DNA of 64,000 nt, from positions 1-64,000 of the forward strand of contig NW_013657611.1 of the NCBI RefSeq assembly GCF_000142905.1, read 5' to 3'. A program made the translations under genes and the position numbers. The DNA comes from Thecamonas trahens ATCC 50062. Its lineage: Eukaryota > Protista > Apusomonadida. Of the stretch, positions 10,466 to 21,756 are shown piece after piece. A model generated the notes under the pieces. It did no database searches. It saw only the letters and a list, made by a program, of their open reading frames with translations, and was not told where the DNA came from. How positions within the stretch are numbered: the stretch's first letter is position 1; every line of letters begins with the position of its first letter.

Positions 10466-12703
10466 ATGCACCGGGTGGCTACGCACAATGAGACCAAGGT
10501 GTACAATGTGTCTGCAGGCAAGTCGCTGCCCGAGTGGCTGAGTGAGGCCAAGGGCAGGAGCCTCAAGCGGGACACCGAGTTCCGCAACCGCATCGAGCTC
10601 ATTCAGGACCTCGACTTTCCGTCGGCGTCCAACGCGCTCAAGCAGTCGCCCGATGGCAAGTTTCTGGCTGTCACGGGCGTCTATCCGCCGCAGTTTCACG
10701 TCTACGAGCTGGCCATGCTCTCGATGAAGTTTGAGCGCCATGTCGATGCCGAGATTGTCGACATCCTGCACCTCTCCGATGCGTGGCACAAGTACGTCCT
10801 CCTGGAGGTCGACCGCTCGCTCGAGTTCCACACGCAGGGCGGCCGGTACTACAAGACCCGCATTCCCAAGGCCGGTCGCTCGCTGGCGTACAATGAGCTC
10901 AACTGCGATCTGTACACCGGTGCCTCGGGCCCGGACGTCTTTCGGCTCAATCTAGATCTGGGGCGGTTCATGAAGCCGCTGGCGACAACCGACTCGCGCG
11001 GCATCAACGTCGTCCGCTTCGCCTCGCGCCATCAGCTGATTGCTACTGGCGGCGAAGAGGGTGCGCTGGAGATGTTCGACACCCGGTCGCAGGACAAGGC
11101 CGGGCTCGTCCAGGTCGGTGCGTACGTCGCGTCCGAGTTGGGGCTCTCGTCGATGCCGGGCGTCTCGTCGGTGACCTTTAAGGAGGACGGCCTGTCGGTG
11201 GCGGTTGGCACGACGTCAGGCCAAGTGCTGCTGTACGACCTGCGATCGGCCAAGCCTTGGCTCATCAAGGACCACCACTACGACGCGCCGATCAACTCCA
11301 TTGCCTGGCACGGCGCAGAGAACACGTCCAACATTGTCTCGTCGGACGCCCGCACCATCCGGGTCTGGGACTACCACGACGGCGAGCTGATGGCGTCGAT
11401 TGAGCCGGACGCACCCATCAACTCGTCGATTGTGCTCAACCACGACTCGGGCCTCATCATGTGCACCGCCGAGGCGCCCAAGGTACAGGTTTACTACATG
11501 CCGGGCCTCGCCCCGGCGCCCGAGTGGGCCTCGTTCCTCGACTCGCTCACCGACGAGCTTGAGGAGGGAGGCGCCGACACGGGTGCCATCTACGACGACT
11601 ACCACTTTGTGACCGAGAAGGAGCTCAAGGACCTTGCGCTGAGCCACCTCATCGGCACCCCGTTTCTCAAGCCGTACATGCACGGCTTTTTCATGGATAC
11701 CCGCCTGTACAAAAAGGTCAAGTCTGCTGTCAATCCGTTCGAGTACAAGACCTGGCGCGAGGGCGAGATCCAGCGGAAGATCGACGCCGGCCGCTCGTCG
11801 CGCCTGGCCTACCAGTCGAGCAAAGATGCTGTCAAGGTCAACAAGGCATACGCCCGCCAGATCCGCGCCACGCTCTCCGACAAGGCACTGGCCAAGCGCA
11901 AGGCCGAGCGCGGCCTGGTGGGCGTCGACCAGGAGACCCCGCTTGACGACCCGCGCTTCAAGCCGCTCTTCTCCGACCCGCGCTTCTCCATCGACACCGA
12001 CTCGGACCACTACCGCAGGCTGCATCCCATGGCTGCGGTGACGGCCAAGCCTCTCGACATCCACGACGACTCCGACTCGGAAAACGACGACAACTTCCTC
12101 GAGTCGTTCCGCAACACCACGCTTGCAGACTTTGAGGGCTCGTCGTCGGCAGACCTCTCTGCTGGCGAGGAGGCCGCCATTGAGGCTGCCGAGCGCGCGC
12201 GGGCCAAGGCCCTTCGTGCAGCGTCGGCCAAGCGCAAGCGCGCCGCCAAGGCCGCCAAGGCTGCGCCGTCCGCCGACGGCGGGCAAGGGCCCAAGCTCAA
12301 GGCTGCCTCGGACGCGCTGGGCGTCTCGGCACACGAGTTCTCGGGCAAGGCGCCCAAGTCGACCGGCGACATCTCCTTTGCCTCGCGCCTCAAGTCGCGC
12401 TCTGCGCGTGCCGCTGCCACAGATTCGGACGACTCATCCTCGGCGTCGTCGTCGTCGGGCGATCCCGAGGCCGCCATCCGCCGCCACCGCAAGCGCCGCC
12501 GCACAGGCTCCAAGCGCGTCGGCAACATCACCTCCTCGTTTGCCGTCCACGAGCAGGTCAAGCAAAAGTCGGCGTCAGAGCTCGAGCAGGACGAGCACCT
12601 CAAGGAGATGCGCACCCGCAAGCGCCGCGGCATCCGCTCTCTCAACCTGCCCATGCCGCCCACCCTGGCTGCCGAGCGGTACCGGTACCGCGCGCGCAAG
12701 TAA
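10466..12703 (+). CDS. NOL10: Nucleolar protein 10 (Enp2), WD40 + NUC153
   Basis: KVYNVSAGKSLPEWL, RIELIQDLDFP, TGVYPPQ, APAPEWASFLDSLTDELEE, YDDYHFVT, YMHGFFMD, DPRFKPLFSDPRF. Confidence 0.95.
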   Translation: MHRVATHNETKVYNVSAGKSLPEWLSEAKGRSLKRDTEFRNRIELIQDLDFPSASNALKQSPDGKFLAVTGVYPPQFHVYELAMLSMKFERHVDAEIVDILHLSDAWHKYVLLEVDRSLEFHTQGGRYYKTRIPKAGRSLAYNELNCDLYTGASGPDVFRLNLDLGRFMKPLATTDSRGINVVRFASRHQLIATGGEEGALEMFDTRSQDKAGLVQVGAYVASELGLSSMPGVSSVTFKEDGLSVAVGTTSGQVLLYDLRSAKPWLIKDHHYDAPINSIAWHGAENTSNIVSSDARTIRVWDYHDGELMASIEPDAPINSSIVLNHDSGLIMCTAEAPKVQVYYMPGLAPAPEWASFLDSLTDELEEGGADTGAIYDDYHFVTEKELKDLALSHLIGTPFLKPYMHGFFMDTRLYKKVKSAVNPFEYKTWREGEIQRKIDAGRSSRLAYQSSKDAVKVNKAYARQIRATLSDKALAKRKAERGLVGVDQETPLDDPRFKPLFSDPRFSIDTDSDHYRRLHPMAAVTAKPLDIHDDSDSENDDNFLESFRNTTLADFEGSSSADLSAGEEAAIEAAERARAKALRAASAKRKRAAKAAKAAPSADGGQGPKLKAASDALGVSAHEFSGKAPKSTGDISFASRLKSRSARAAATDSDDSSSASSSSGDPEAAIRRHRKRRRTGSKRVGNITSSFAVHEQVKQKSASELEQDEHLKEMRTRKRRGIRSLNLPMPPTLAAERYRYRARK

Positions 12704-12749
12704 AGTCGTCTGCCATGCCATCAGCTATCGCAGCGGGGCCTTTATGCCA

Positions 12750-14288
12750 TCATTGCAAGTGGTCGGCTGGCTGCCGCGAGACACCCACCGCGAGGAGATG
12801 GACAAGATAGCCGAGGACGGCCAAGAGGCAGGTAAAGGCGAGGATAGGGTGCTGAACGAGCGACGGCGACTCGCGGGAGACGATACGGAACGCAAACTGC
12901 CACACGTCGGCGTAGTACGCGTACGGCCGGAACGACTCGCCGCCAAAGACATAGAGCGCGTTATCCGACGCCACCATCGAGTGCTGGTATCGCGCAATCG
13001 GGTAGCGCTCCGGCTCGCGGGCCCGAGCCCGCTTCCACTGCTTGGCGGATGCCTCGGGATTGTCGCGCGAGCCGGCCTCGACCAGCGACCACGATTCGCC
13101 CACGAGGTCAAACGCCCAAAGGTCGCCCATGCACGTGCACGTGCCCGGCTCGCAGTCGGCCCCACCAAACACCATCATGGCCGATCCCAACACCGCGGCT
13201 TGGTGGTAGTAGCGGGCCGCCGGCCGCGGCTCCGCCGGCGCGGCCACAACCCGCCAGCTGCAACTCTGGATGTCAAAGATGTGGACGTCGTCCGAGAGCC
13301 CGCCGCCGCCGCCGGCCTTGCCGCCAAACAGAACCAGGCTCCCGTCGCGGCCGGCGACAAGCGAGTGGCCGAAGCGCGCCGCCGGCGCCGTCGCCGCCGC
13401 GCACTCGAGCAGCGTCCACTTGCGGCTTGCCACCTCGTATCGCCACAAATCAGCTTGTGGCACAGCGTTGCCGTTGAGGCCGGCCGCAGCGCCAGCCTGG
13501 ACCTGCGCCTCGTCAAACGCGAGGCCGCCAAAGACGTACATTGCACCATCGACGCCGGCCGCCGCGTGGTGCCGGAGCTTGGGCCCGGGCTCGCCCTCCA
13601 GATGCTCCCATGCAAATTGGCTCCCGTCGTCCGAGATGACAAACATCCACACGTCCGAGAACAGCGCACGCGCGTCGTACGCCCGGATCGATGCCCGCGC
13701 CCCACCGTCGTCACCGCCAAAGAACAGCCAAACGTCCTCGCCCGGAATGTGGGTCAGCGTCGCTGCCATTCGCGCCTCGGGCACCCCATCAGCCGACGAC
13801 GCCTTGAGCGCTGCGACCTGCGCCGGCGACGGCGACGGCGGTCCAACTCCCGCCCCCGCTCCGCTCCCGCCGCTGGCTGCGCTCGCGCTCGCGCTCGCTC
13901 CACCTTTGCGCCGCCGTTCCTCGATCAGCTCGGGTGACGGCTGGACCCGGACCCACGCGCCACCCTCGATCGAGTACCGCCACGTGTTGGAGATGTAGTA
14001 CGGGTTAGAGACGGCAGCCTCATACGCGTAGCCGTGGGTGATCCACAGCGACGCCGTCTTGTTGTCAAACAGCATGTCCGCGCCATACCGCACGTGTGGG
14101 CCCGAGCCATCCCGCGACGTTGGTGCCAGCTCCCTCCACTTGCCAGCTTCCGGCCCCACCATCAGCACCCCGAGGAGGAAGCAAGTCACCGCCGTCGCCG
14201 CCACCACCCCCACCAGCTGAGCACACACCACAGGATTGACGCCCATACGACACGTCCGCATCTGCACCTCGCGCACCCGCCGCAGCAT
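12750..14288 (-). CDS. Kelch-repeat protein with N- and C-terminal TM helices
   Basis: Repeated LFFGG/YVFGG/VLFGG/MVFGG...DLW motifs; hydrophobic segments at both ends. Confidence 0.8.
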   Translation of the reverse strand: MLRRVREVQMRTCRMGVNPVVCAQLVGVVAATAVTCFLLGVLMVGPEAGKWRELAPTSRDGSGPHVRYGADMLFDNKTASLWITHGYAYEAAVSNPYYISNTWRYSIEGGAWVRVQPSPELIEERRRKGGASASASAASGGSGAGAGVGPPSPSPAQVAALKASSADGVPEARMAATLTHIPGEDVWLFFGGDDGGARASIRAYDARALFSDVWMFVISDDGSQFAWEHLEGEPGPKLRHHAAAGVDGAMYVFGGLAFDEAQVQAGAAAGLNGNAVPQADLWRYEVASRKWTLLECAAATAPAARFGHSLVAGRDGSLVLFGGKAGGGGGLSDDVHIFDIQSCSWRVVAAPAEPRPAARYYHQAAVLGSAMMVFGGADCEPGTCTCMGDLWAFDLVGESWSLVEAGSRDNPEASAKQWKRARAREPERYPIARYQHSMVASDNALYVFGGESFRPYAYYADVWQFAFRIVSRESPSLVQHPILAFTCLLAVLGYLVHLLAVGVSRQPADHLQ

Positions 14289-14521
14289 CCCTCCTCTGGT
14301 GCTGCTGTTGAGTTGAGTGACAAGTCTTGACGCCCCTTCACCCCCCCCCCCCCCCCCCCCTCCTCCTCAACCACCAACGATTAACCAACGACAAAACCCA
14401 ATGATTAACCGACGGCAGAGCCGGCCAACCACCAAAGCCCAATCAACGACATTAGCCATTGCTCTCCCCCACCACGCGGATCACACCACACCACGCCCCG
14501 TCAGGACTCACCTCCAGCCCC

Positions 14522-15832
14522 ATGCGGAGGATTATCGTACTCACAGGTGCCACCGGCTCATGCAAGACAGCGGTGGCTACTGCTCTGGCTCGCAGACTCC
14601 CGCAGCTGTCGTCGCCGCTCCCAGTCGAGCTCCCGCGGCTGGTCTCGCTTGATGCTGTCCAGGTCTTCCGTGGCCCTCACATTGGCGCGGCAAGTCCGTC
14701 GCCGGAGCAGCTAGAGGAGGCGCCGACGGCGCTCGTCGCCTGTCGCGGGCTGGATGAGGGCGTCTCGGCTGGTCACCTTGCTGCCGAGGCGACAGAGGCG
14801 TGTCGCCGTCTCCTGGATGCTGGCCTCGTGCCAGTTGTTGTCGGTGGCTCGGGCTTGTACATGGACTGGTTCATCGACGGGCCGCAGGGCTCTCCGCTGG
14901 CGGACCCGGCTGTCCGGGCCCGGATCGAGGCCGAGGTCGCTGCTCGCCCTCAGTGGGAGCACTGGCTCGGCAAGGTTGCCGCAGCGTCGCCTCTCCGAGC
15001 CGAGAGGCTAGTCCGCGGCGACTGGGTCAAGATGCGCCGCGCGCTGGAGATTGTGGCATCGGGCGCTGCCGCCATCCCCGAGCCGCCGCGGACGCCGCTG
15101 GCGGAGCGGCTCGACGCCTCGGTCTGTGTCTTTAATCTACACTGGCCGCGCCTCGACCACCTGCGGCTTGTGGATGCCCGATGCGAAGACATGGTCGCCG
15201 CCGGACTACTCCCCGAAGTGCTCGACCTTGTGGTCGGCAACCGGGTCGGTTCCGAGTGGGCGCTGGACGTGCCGTACGCCGGGCCGCCGCTGGAGCCGGG
15301 CCACCACGTGGCGGCGGCCATCGGCTACGCGCAGAGCCTGCCGTTCCTCGCCAATCTGGTTGCCGATGCCAATGCCGGTGTCGCGCCCAAGATCCTCGCC
15401 AAGGCGCTGGGGAGTTTTGTCAAGGACTTTCAGGCCAAGTCGCGCCAGCTGACGCGGAAGCAGAACCGCTGGTTTGCCCGCGACGACTTTCTCTGGCTCC
15501 CGCTCGCGGAGCAAAGCCCCGATGCAGTGGCGGAAACCATTGCTCGTCTCGCGCTCAGCGATCTTGCCGACAGCGGCGGCCCGGCCAAAATGGCCGCCGC
15601 CCTCGAGGCTCAGGCCGCCGACATTGCTGCCGGCGCCGCGCCCTGGAAGAACTCTCCCGACGATCTCGCGGCGCTGCGCACGTATCAGGTCCGCCCGACG
15701 GTTCTCGGCTCTGCCGACGCGCGCGCCATGTTTGCCGACGCCGCCGTCAGACACGCGACTTTCCTCGACGGCGTTCTCGCTCGCTCTCGCTCGCCGCACA
15801 CGTTGCAGGCGCTCCTTGATCGGTTTACGTGA
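14522..15832 (+). CDS. miaA: tRNA dimethylallyltransferase (MiaA/IPT family)
   Basis: IIVLTGATGSCKT P-loop, LDAVQVFRGPHIG, PVVVGGSGLY, RRALEI, AIGY, RKQNRWF. Confidence 0.85.
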   Translation: MRRIIVLTGATGSCKTAVATALARRLPQLSSPLPVELPRLVSLDAVQVFRGPHIGAASPSPEQLEEAPTALVACRGLDEGVSAGHLAAEATEACRRLLDAGLVPVVVGGSGLYMDWFIDGPQGSPLADPAVRARIEAEVAARPQWEHWLGKVAAASPLRAERLVRGDWVKMRRALEIVASGAAAIPEPPRTPLAERLDASVCVFNLHWPRLDHLRLVDARCEDMVAAGLLPEVLDLVVGNRVGSEWALDVPYAGPPLEPGHHVAAAIGYAQSLPFLANLVADANAGVAPKILAKALGSFVKDFQAKSRQLTRKQNRWFARDDFLWLPLAEQSPDAVAETIARLALSDLADSGGPAKMAAALEAQAADIAAGAAPWKNSPDDLAALRTYQVRPTVLGSADARAMFADAAVRHATFLDGVLARSRSPHTLQALLDRFT

Positions 15833-15848
15833 GCGGTAGCACCCGTTC

Positions 15849-17103
15849 CTACTGCACCTGGCAGTAAAAGAGTGAGACTGGCCAGACGGCCTGATAGGTG
15901 GCGGCAAGACGGTAGACCGGCGTGTCCGAGTTGAGCGGGATGACCGTGTTGGCCGAGACCACCATGTACATGGCGACGCGGCTGGCGTCGAGGCCGAGCT
16001 CGAGACCGGATGGGTCGAGCATCTGAGCAACAAACTCGGCGTACTCGCCGGCGGTGGCCTCCGAGTCAGTGGCCACGACCGGATGTGCGATCTGGGGAAG
16101 GGCCGAGAGCGAAGAATACCCGTTGGGCACAGCGATGTCGACAGCCTCTTGGATGAGCATCCAGGCGTCGATGTGCGACGGCTGGAGGGCGAGGAGAACG
16201 ACCGAGAACTCGATGATCGGGAGGGCGTCGACCGGCTGGCGCGAGAGCGGGAGGACCGCAAGCGGTGTGCTTGCGTCGAGGACCGAGTCGACCCGCTTCG
16301 GCTTGGGCTTGCTCGACTTGGACGCCGAGTGCAGCTCCGGCGGGTCGGGCGAGGGCGAAAAGGCGGCTCCGCGACCAAACGGAGTCCGCGCCAGCGTCTG
16401 GATGAGCTTGTCGCGCGAGGCCTCAAGCGCCGCTGTTGCGCCCGAGGTGTACGAAGACGACGCAATGATGGCCTCGGTGTCGGACCAGAGGTCGAGGCAG
16501 ACCTCGTCGTGCTTGGTATCGAGCGTCACACCTGTGGGGAACTCTGATGGTGAGTAGGCAAAGGTGTACGAATACGTGTAAGTGTAGTCCGACTTGAACT
16601 CGATGCGGACCCGCTTGCCGGTCTGCGACCGCCGCTTGGTCCGCTTGGTCCGCTTGGCAAGCCGCGAGCCCGACATGTCGGTGATGCCAAACTGCGAGCG
16701 CGCCGGAGCCGGTGACCACTCTGAGTAGTCGGGCGACGGCGAGTCCGAGTCAGTGTACGACGATGCCGGCGGCGACGGGAGGACCTTACGCGGCCGGCCG
16801 CGCCGCCGCGGCAGCGACACCACTTTGCGGAGGTATTTGGACTTCTTGCGCCGCCGCCGCTCTTTCTGCTTGTTGTGGTAGTGCTTGTGGATGACCGGCT
16901 CGCCCGGCGGGAGGATAAAGACGCCGCCCTCGGCGAGCCGGCTTGCCGTTCTCGACGGGACGTGGCAGTACTCGTCTCCGATGCCCCACCGCGACGCGGC
17001 TACATACACAAGCTCGGGCTTGGGACCCTTGCGCGGTGGCTCGTCCTCGGCCCGAGACGCGCTCGTCCGCCGCGCCTGCTCGCGCCCGCGTCCACGCCCG
17101 CGC

Positions 17104-17144
<41 letters not shown>

Positions 17145-17846
17145 ACGTCCACGCCCGCGCCCACGCCCAGACCGCGAGCCCGGCCCGTGCAGCGGCTCCT
17201 CGAGCTCTCCGCGCTCTTCAGCGAGCGCCTGGAGAATGCGGGCCTGCGAGACACGGGTCGACTTGGTCTCGGCCTGCCGCTCGAGACCCTTGCGGACCGA
17301 CTCCTGAAAGGCTGCCAGGTTGCCCGAGACCACCTTTTCGATCTTGGGCTGCATGCCAGACTCAAACTCGTCCACATCGCCCACAACCGTCTTCAGCAGC
17401 GCGTCCACCCGCTCGTCGGCCCGCGTCGACCGCTTCGATGGACACGGGTTGCGGCATGTCGGGCACTCGCGGTTGGCCAGCCGCAGCGACTTGCGGATGC
17501 ATGTATCGCAGAATCGATGCATGCAGTCCTTGGCCACTGTGCACGAGTGGAAGAGCCGGAGACAGATCGAACAGGTGAGCAGCTCGGCGACTGCTGACCA
17601 CGCCACCGTCGACACATGGTCCTCGTCCTCCACCGCAGTTCGCACGGCTCCCCACCGAAGCTGCACTGCCCGCTCCTGTGGGCTCAGTCCATCATCGATC
17701 CCAGCGCCCTTGCTCCCGCCCTCGCCGCCGCTCCCGCCGCTCCCCTCGCTGTTGTCGTCGACACCGCTGTCGTAGGATGACGAGTACGAACGGACGTCAA
17801 AAACCGAGTCGTCGAGGACAACGACCTCGGGTGCTTCTTCTGCCAT
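15849..17846 (-). CDS. RING1: RING1/RNF2-like PRC1 E3 ligase (RING, GR repeats, AT-hook, RAWUL-like C-terminus)
   Basis: CSICLRLFHSCTVAKDCMHRFCDTCIRKSLRLANRECPTCR..SKRSTRAD closely follows the RING1A/B RING; C-terminal VIPLNSDTPVYRL..WPVSLFY resembles the RAWUL end. Confidence 0.8.
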
Positions 17847-18605
17847 GCCTAGAGTAAAGACCAGCCAAGAACCCTTCCCACGTCTGTTGCTTGCTACCAC
17901 ACTGCACTATGTGCTCAAACTGCTTCTCGCTCTTCTTGCCTACCGCGCTCCTGCTCGCCGAGCCGCCGCAGACAAATGGTGACGTTGGCGGTAATTCTTG
18001 CGCCAACAAAAATCGTTGTCGCCACCCTCGTTCTCCAAACCCCCGTGGTGAGACAGCCCACCAGCCACGACTGCGCCTGAACGGGCTCGCCTGTTCCCTC
18101 TCATCACACATGCCCTCTCTACAACGATACTCTTCCCCTCCCGCCTGGTTCCCGACTTCAAAAGCTCCTTCTTGCCGCCGTATCGCTTCCTTGCGCAATG
18201 GCAACGGCGCCGCCCTTTTTCGCCACTCACCAATAATTCCCCCCTTCTTTCGCGCGTGCCTCGAATGGCCAACAATCCTCGAACGTTCCAGACTCTTGCT
18301 GAGCTTCGCGGCGAATTGCTGCAGCCGACTTTTTTTTTGCCGCTCGTTGACACTCGCCCATCCGGCTACCATTTCCCCGGCCCTTCCCTTACATCCCTTG
18401 CGGCGCAGGCTCCGTCTTGTACCTACACTGCACCGCGCAGTGTAGCGCATGGATCTCTCCTCCTCTCGAACTCTCCCAACGTAGCCAAATCGTCCCTGCA
18501 CCTCACCGCCGCCCTTGACCGGTACACACCAAGCGTGCCAGCCAGTCGCCGCTCGGCGACTGTCGCTCTTCAATAACCCCGTTCGCCACCTCACGCATTT
18601 ATCGA

Positions 18606-19060
18606 ATGGCGGATTCTGACGAAGCGACACCTGCTAGCGGAGCGCCTCAGTTGGGCGAGAAGCCCAAGCCTGGCGGCGGCAAGCCAAAGCCCAAGCCGCC
18701 TCCTCCTGCAACCAAGCCCAGGCCTGCTGCTCCTCCTGGCACAAGGCCCAAGCCTGGTGGCGGAAAGCCCAAGCCCAAGCCCAAGCCTCCTGCAACCAAG
18801 CCCAGGCCGCCCGTTGCAAGCCGTCCGCAAGCCAAGCCGGGTGCGACCAAGCCTACTAGCGACGGCGGCGACGGCAACGACAACGACAACGACAACGAGA
18901 ACGACGCTGCATTGACGCTGCCGCTGGACTTGCTGACGACAACGGCAGCGAGAATGCTGATGCCGCCAACGACGACGACGCTACTCCCGACAACGGCAAC
19001 GACGACGTAGACAACGGCGGTGACGCAGACGCAGACGCTGTCGTGCCCGCCGCTGGCTCT

Positions 19061-19101
<41 letters not shown>

Positions 19102-19909
19102 GGCCTCGTCCGACAGCTCCTCCGACAGCTCCTCCGACTCGAGCTCGGACTCGGACTCGGACGGCGGCGACGAGAGCGAGCCGGTGGCGGTCATCCGGCC
19201 TGTCGACGAAGACGCGGACGAAGCGCCTGCGCCAAACATGGCTGCGCTGCTGATGGCGCCGCAAATGACACGTGAGCGTCGCGATTCGTCGCGGCTCGAC
19301 GCCACCGAGGTCGACGCTCTCCGCGCCGAGTTTGAGTCCATGGCCGAGGCCGAGTCGGACGGCGAGGCTTCGGGCGCGGGCTCGGACGACGAGCCGTCCG
19401 CGTCGGCGCCAGTGTCAGCCCCGGCCACGCCTGAGACCAACAAGTCGCTGACCAAGAAGGAGCGCAAGGCTGCCGAGAAGGCCGCCAAAAAGGCCGCCAA
19501 GGAGGCCAAGAAGGCGTCCAAGGCCAAGGACAAGGCCAAGGCCAAGGAGCCCTCCGTCGAGCCGCCGAGCCCGGCCAAGCCTGCACCTCCGGCCACGCCG
19601 GAGCCCAAGCCTGGCAAGATCTCCAAGAAGCTCTGGCTCCAGGCCTACAACGACGTCCACCACCTTCCGTTCTTCCGCCAGCTGGCGACCGGAACCGTCG
19701 CCTTCAAGCCGCCCAAGGGCGCTGACGTCGAGATCGACTCGTCGTTCCGCCGCCTCTGGTGGCGCACAGAGGTCTCGGGCACCGATCTCTTCCACAATGC
19801 CGTCACCCACGTCTCCACCTTTGTCCCGCCGGGCCGCGACGCTATCGTCGCCGACCTCCCGCCCGGCTTTACCTCGACTGTCAACCGCTCCATGGCCAAG
19901 TACATGTAA
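18606..19909 (+). CDS. Hypothetical Pro/Lys-rich and acidic low-complexity protein (frame break ~18910)
   Basis: ORFs 18606 and 19043 join through a codon-typical D/N/A-rich stretch in the -1 frame; short globular C-terminus. Confidence 0.6.
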
Positions 19910-19927
19910 TGCAGCGCTACCCACAAG

Positions 19928-21139
19928 CTAGCCCTCCAGCGCCGCCATAAACTTGCGATCGCTCTTGAGCTTGCCGACAAAGCCGCGCTCCCACTCGGAG
20001 GCGTGTAGGACGTAGAGCTGGAGAGCGGCGCGCGCGTCCTCAAGCGGCGAGTGCGCCGCGCCCTGGATGGTGATGCCCAGCCGCTCGCGGACCAGATCCT
20101 GCAGCCGCCGCGCCTTGTTGACTCGCGAGCGGAAGGCCGGGTACGTCGACGTGTCGCGGACAAGGTGCGGCTTCGGGTGGATGCCGAGGACCCGAAAGTC
20201 GTTGTCCAGCGCGTGGCCGATCACAACCTTGTTGGAAATGAGCTCACGGACCTCCTCGCGAATCTGCTGCACGCTCCGTGCCCCGCGTAGCATTGCCGGC
20301 GTGATGCCCGACACAAACGTCCGGTAGTTGGTCACCGTCTCGGCTGGCTTCACGCACTCGCAGAAAAGCATCTTGCCCTCGGCATCACAGACGGCAACTT
20401 GCGCCAGCCGCGACTCGTCGCGGGTGCCCACCCCGACCATCTCGCAGTCGATAGCCACCACCCGCGACATCACCTGCGATACCCACCGGTCAAACCCGGT
20501 GGCCTTCTTTGGGCTACCGCCTCCATCGCTCTTGCCCGATCGCTTGCCGCTCCGCCCGCCCTTGAGCCCAAGCGACGCCTGCAGCTGCTTCCAGTTGCAC
20601 GACACGCCGCCGCTACTTGCCGCGCTGCCTCCACCCAGTCTCCGCCCCGCCTCGGCGCCCAGCGCGCCTGACGACGACTCGGAGTCGGACCCGTCCACTA
20701 TATGCCTCTTTGCCCGCTTGTGCGCGCTTCCGGGCTCATCGCTGCCCGTCCGCCGCTTCCGCTTCAGCACCCGCACTGTGGCCAACCCAGATCCGTTTCC
20801 CGTCTCTGACTCCTTGGCCTTGCTCTTGCTCTTGCTCTTGCTCTTGCTCTTGCTCTTGTCCTTGCCCTTGCTCTTGTCCTTGCCCTTGCTCTTGTCCTTG
20901 TCCTTGCCCTTGCCCTTGCCCTTGGCCTTGGCCTTGCCCTTGCCCTTGCCCTTCCCCTTCCCCTTGCCCAGCTGTGGCGCCCCAACCCATCCATCCATCC
21001 CACCGCCCGCCTCCACCAAGTCACTGGCCACCTCCTTCCCCTTTCCCTTGCCCTTGCCCTTGCCCTTGCCCTTGGCCTTGTCCTTGCCCTTGCCCTTGCC
21101 CTTGCCTTTGCTCATCTCAGAGAGCACAGTTACCCCCAT
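19928..21139 (-). CDS. REXO4: RNA exonuclease 4 (DEDDh) with GK/SK-repeat N-terminus
   Basis: VAIDCEMVGVG, VTNYRTFVSGI, IGHALDNDFRVL, RDTSTY, HSPLEDARAALQLY; NWKQLQ motif. Confidence 0.92.
   Translation of the reverse strand: MGVTVLSEMSKGKGKGKGKDKAKGKGKGKGKGKGKEVASDLVEAGGGMDGWVGAPQLGKGKGKGKGKGKAKAKGKGKGKDKDKSKGKDKSKGKDKSKSKSKSKSKSKAKESETGNGSGLATVRVLKRKRRTGSDEPGSAHKRAKRHIVDGSDSESSSGALGAEAGRRLGGGSAASSGGVSCNWKQLQASLGLKGGRSGKRSGKSDGGGSPKKATGFDRWVSQVMSRVVAIDCEMVGVGTRDESRLAQVAVCDAEGKMLFCECVKPAETVTNYRTFVSGITPAMLRGARSVQQIREEVRELISNKVVIGHALDNDFRVLGIHPKPHLVRDTSTYPAFRSRVNKARRLQDLVRERLGITIQGAAHSPLEDARAALQLYVLHASEWERGFVGKLKSDRKFMAALEG
20812..21112 (-). repeat. Coding hexamer repeat (GGCAAG/AGCAAG/GACAAG)n
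   Basis: Directly visible; encodes GK/SK/DK. Confidence 0.9.
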
Positions 21140-21756
21140 TCGCGCTCATTCCCATCCCCATCACCGTCCCCATCCCCATTACCATCACCATCACCATCAC
21201 TGTCCCTCCTCCGCCTCATCGTCGCGCTACTCACGGCACACTCTGCACGCGCGCCGTATCACGACCACTGCCCGAAAGTACTGCTGGTATCGACGCCAAG
21301 GGTGGCGGGTGCGCCTTCGCCCGCTGTTGCCACACCCGGGCCTTCGGGCTGTCCCGCTCTGTCCCGGCAGAGGCTTGGAGGGTGAGCTCCTGGCGCAAGC
21401 CAATTCCAGTGCCTGCCCACCCGCCACGCAAACTCGCCCATGCAACACACTCTACCTCGTTACACCATGTCATCAACTATAGTCGGAACGGCAACAACTC
21501 TCAAGTCCCCACAGAACCGCTTCTGGCACCCTTGCCGTCGCCAAGCGTTTGTGCGGCCCAGTGGTGCGTTTGCCGGGACAGCGGCTCACGGAATAAATCG
21601 GAGCGAACAAAAACGATTGTTGTTCTCTGCAACGAACAAATCAGTGGTTCAGCTACCTGTCTTCCGCTCTGCCAGCACGGACATTGTCCCGCTTCGCCAA
21701 CGACAGACAAACACCCCCTCCCTACCAGCGCATCGACTCGCCGGCTATCCTCTACC

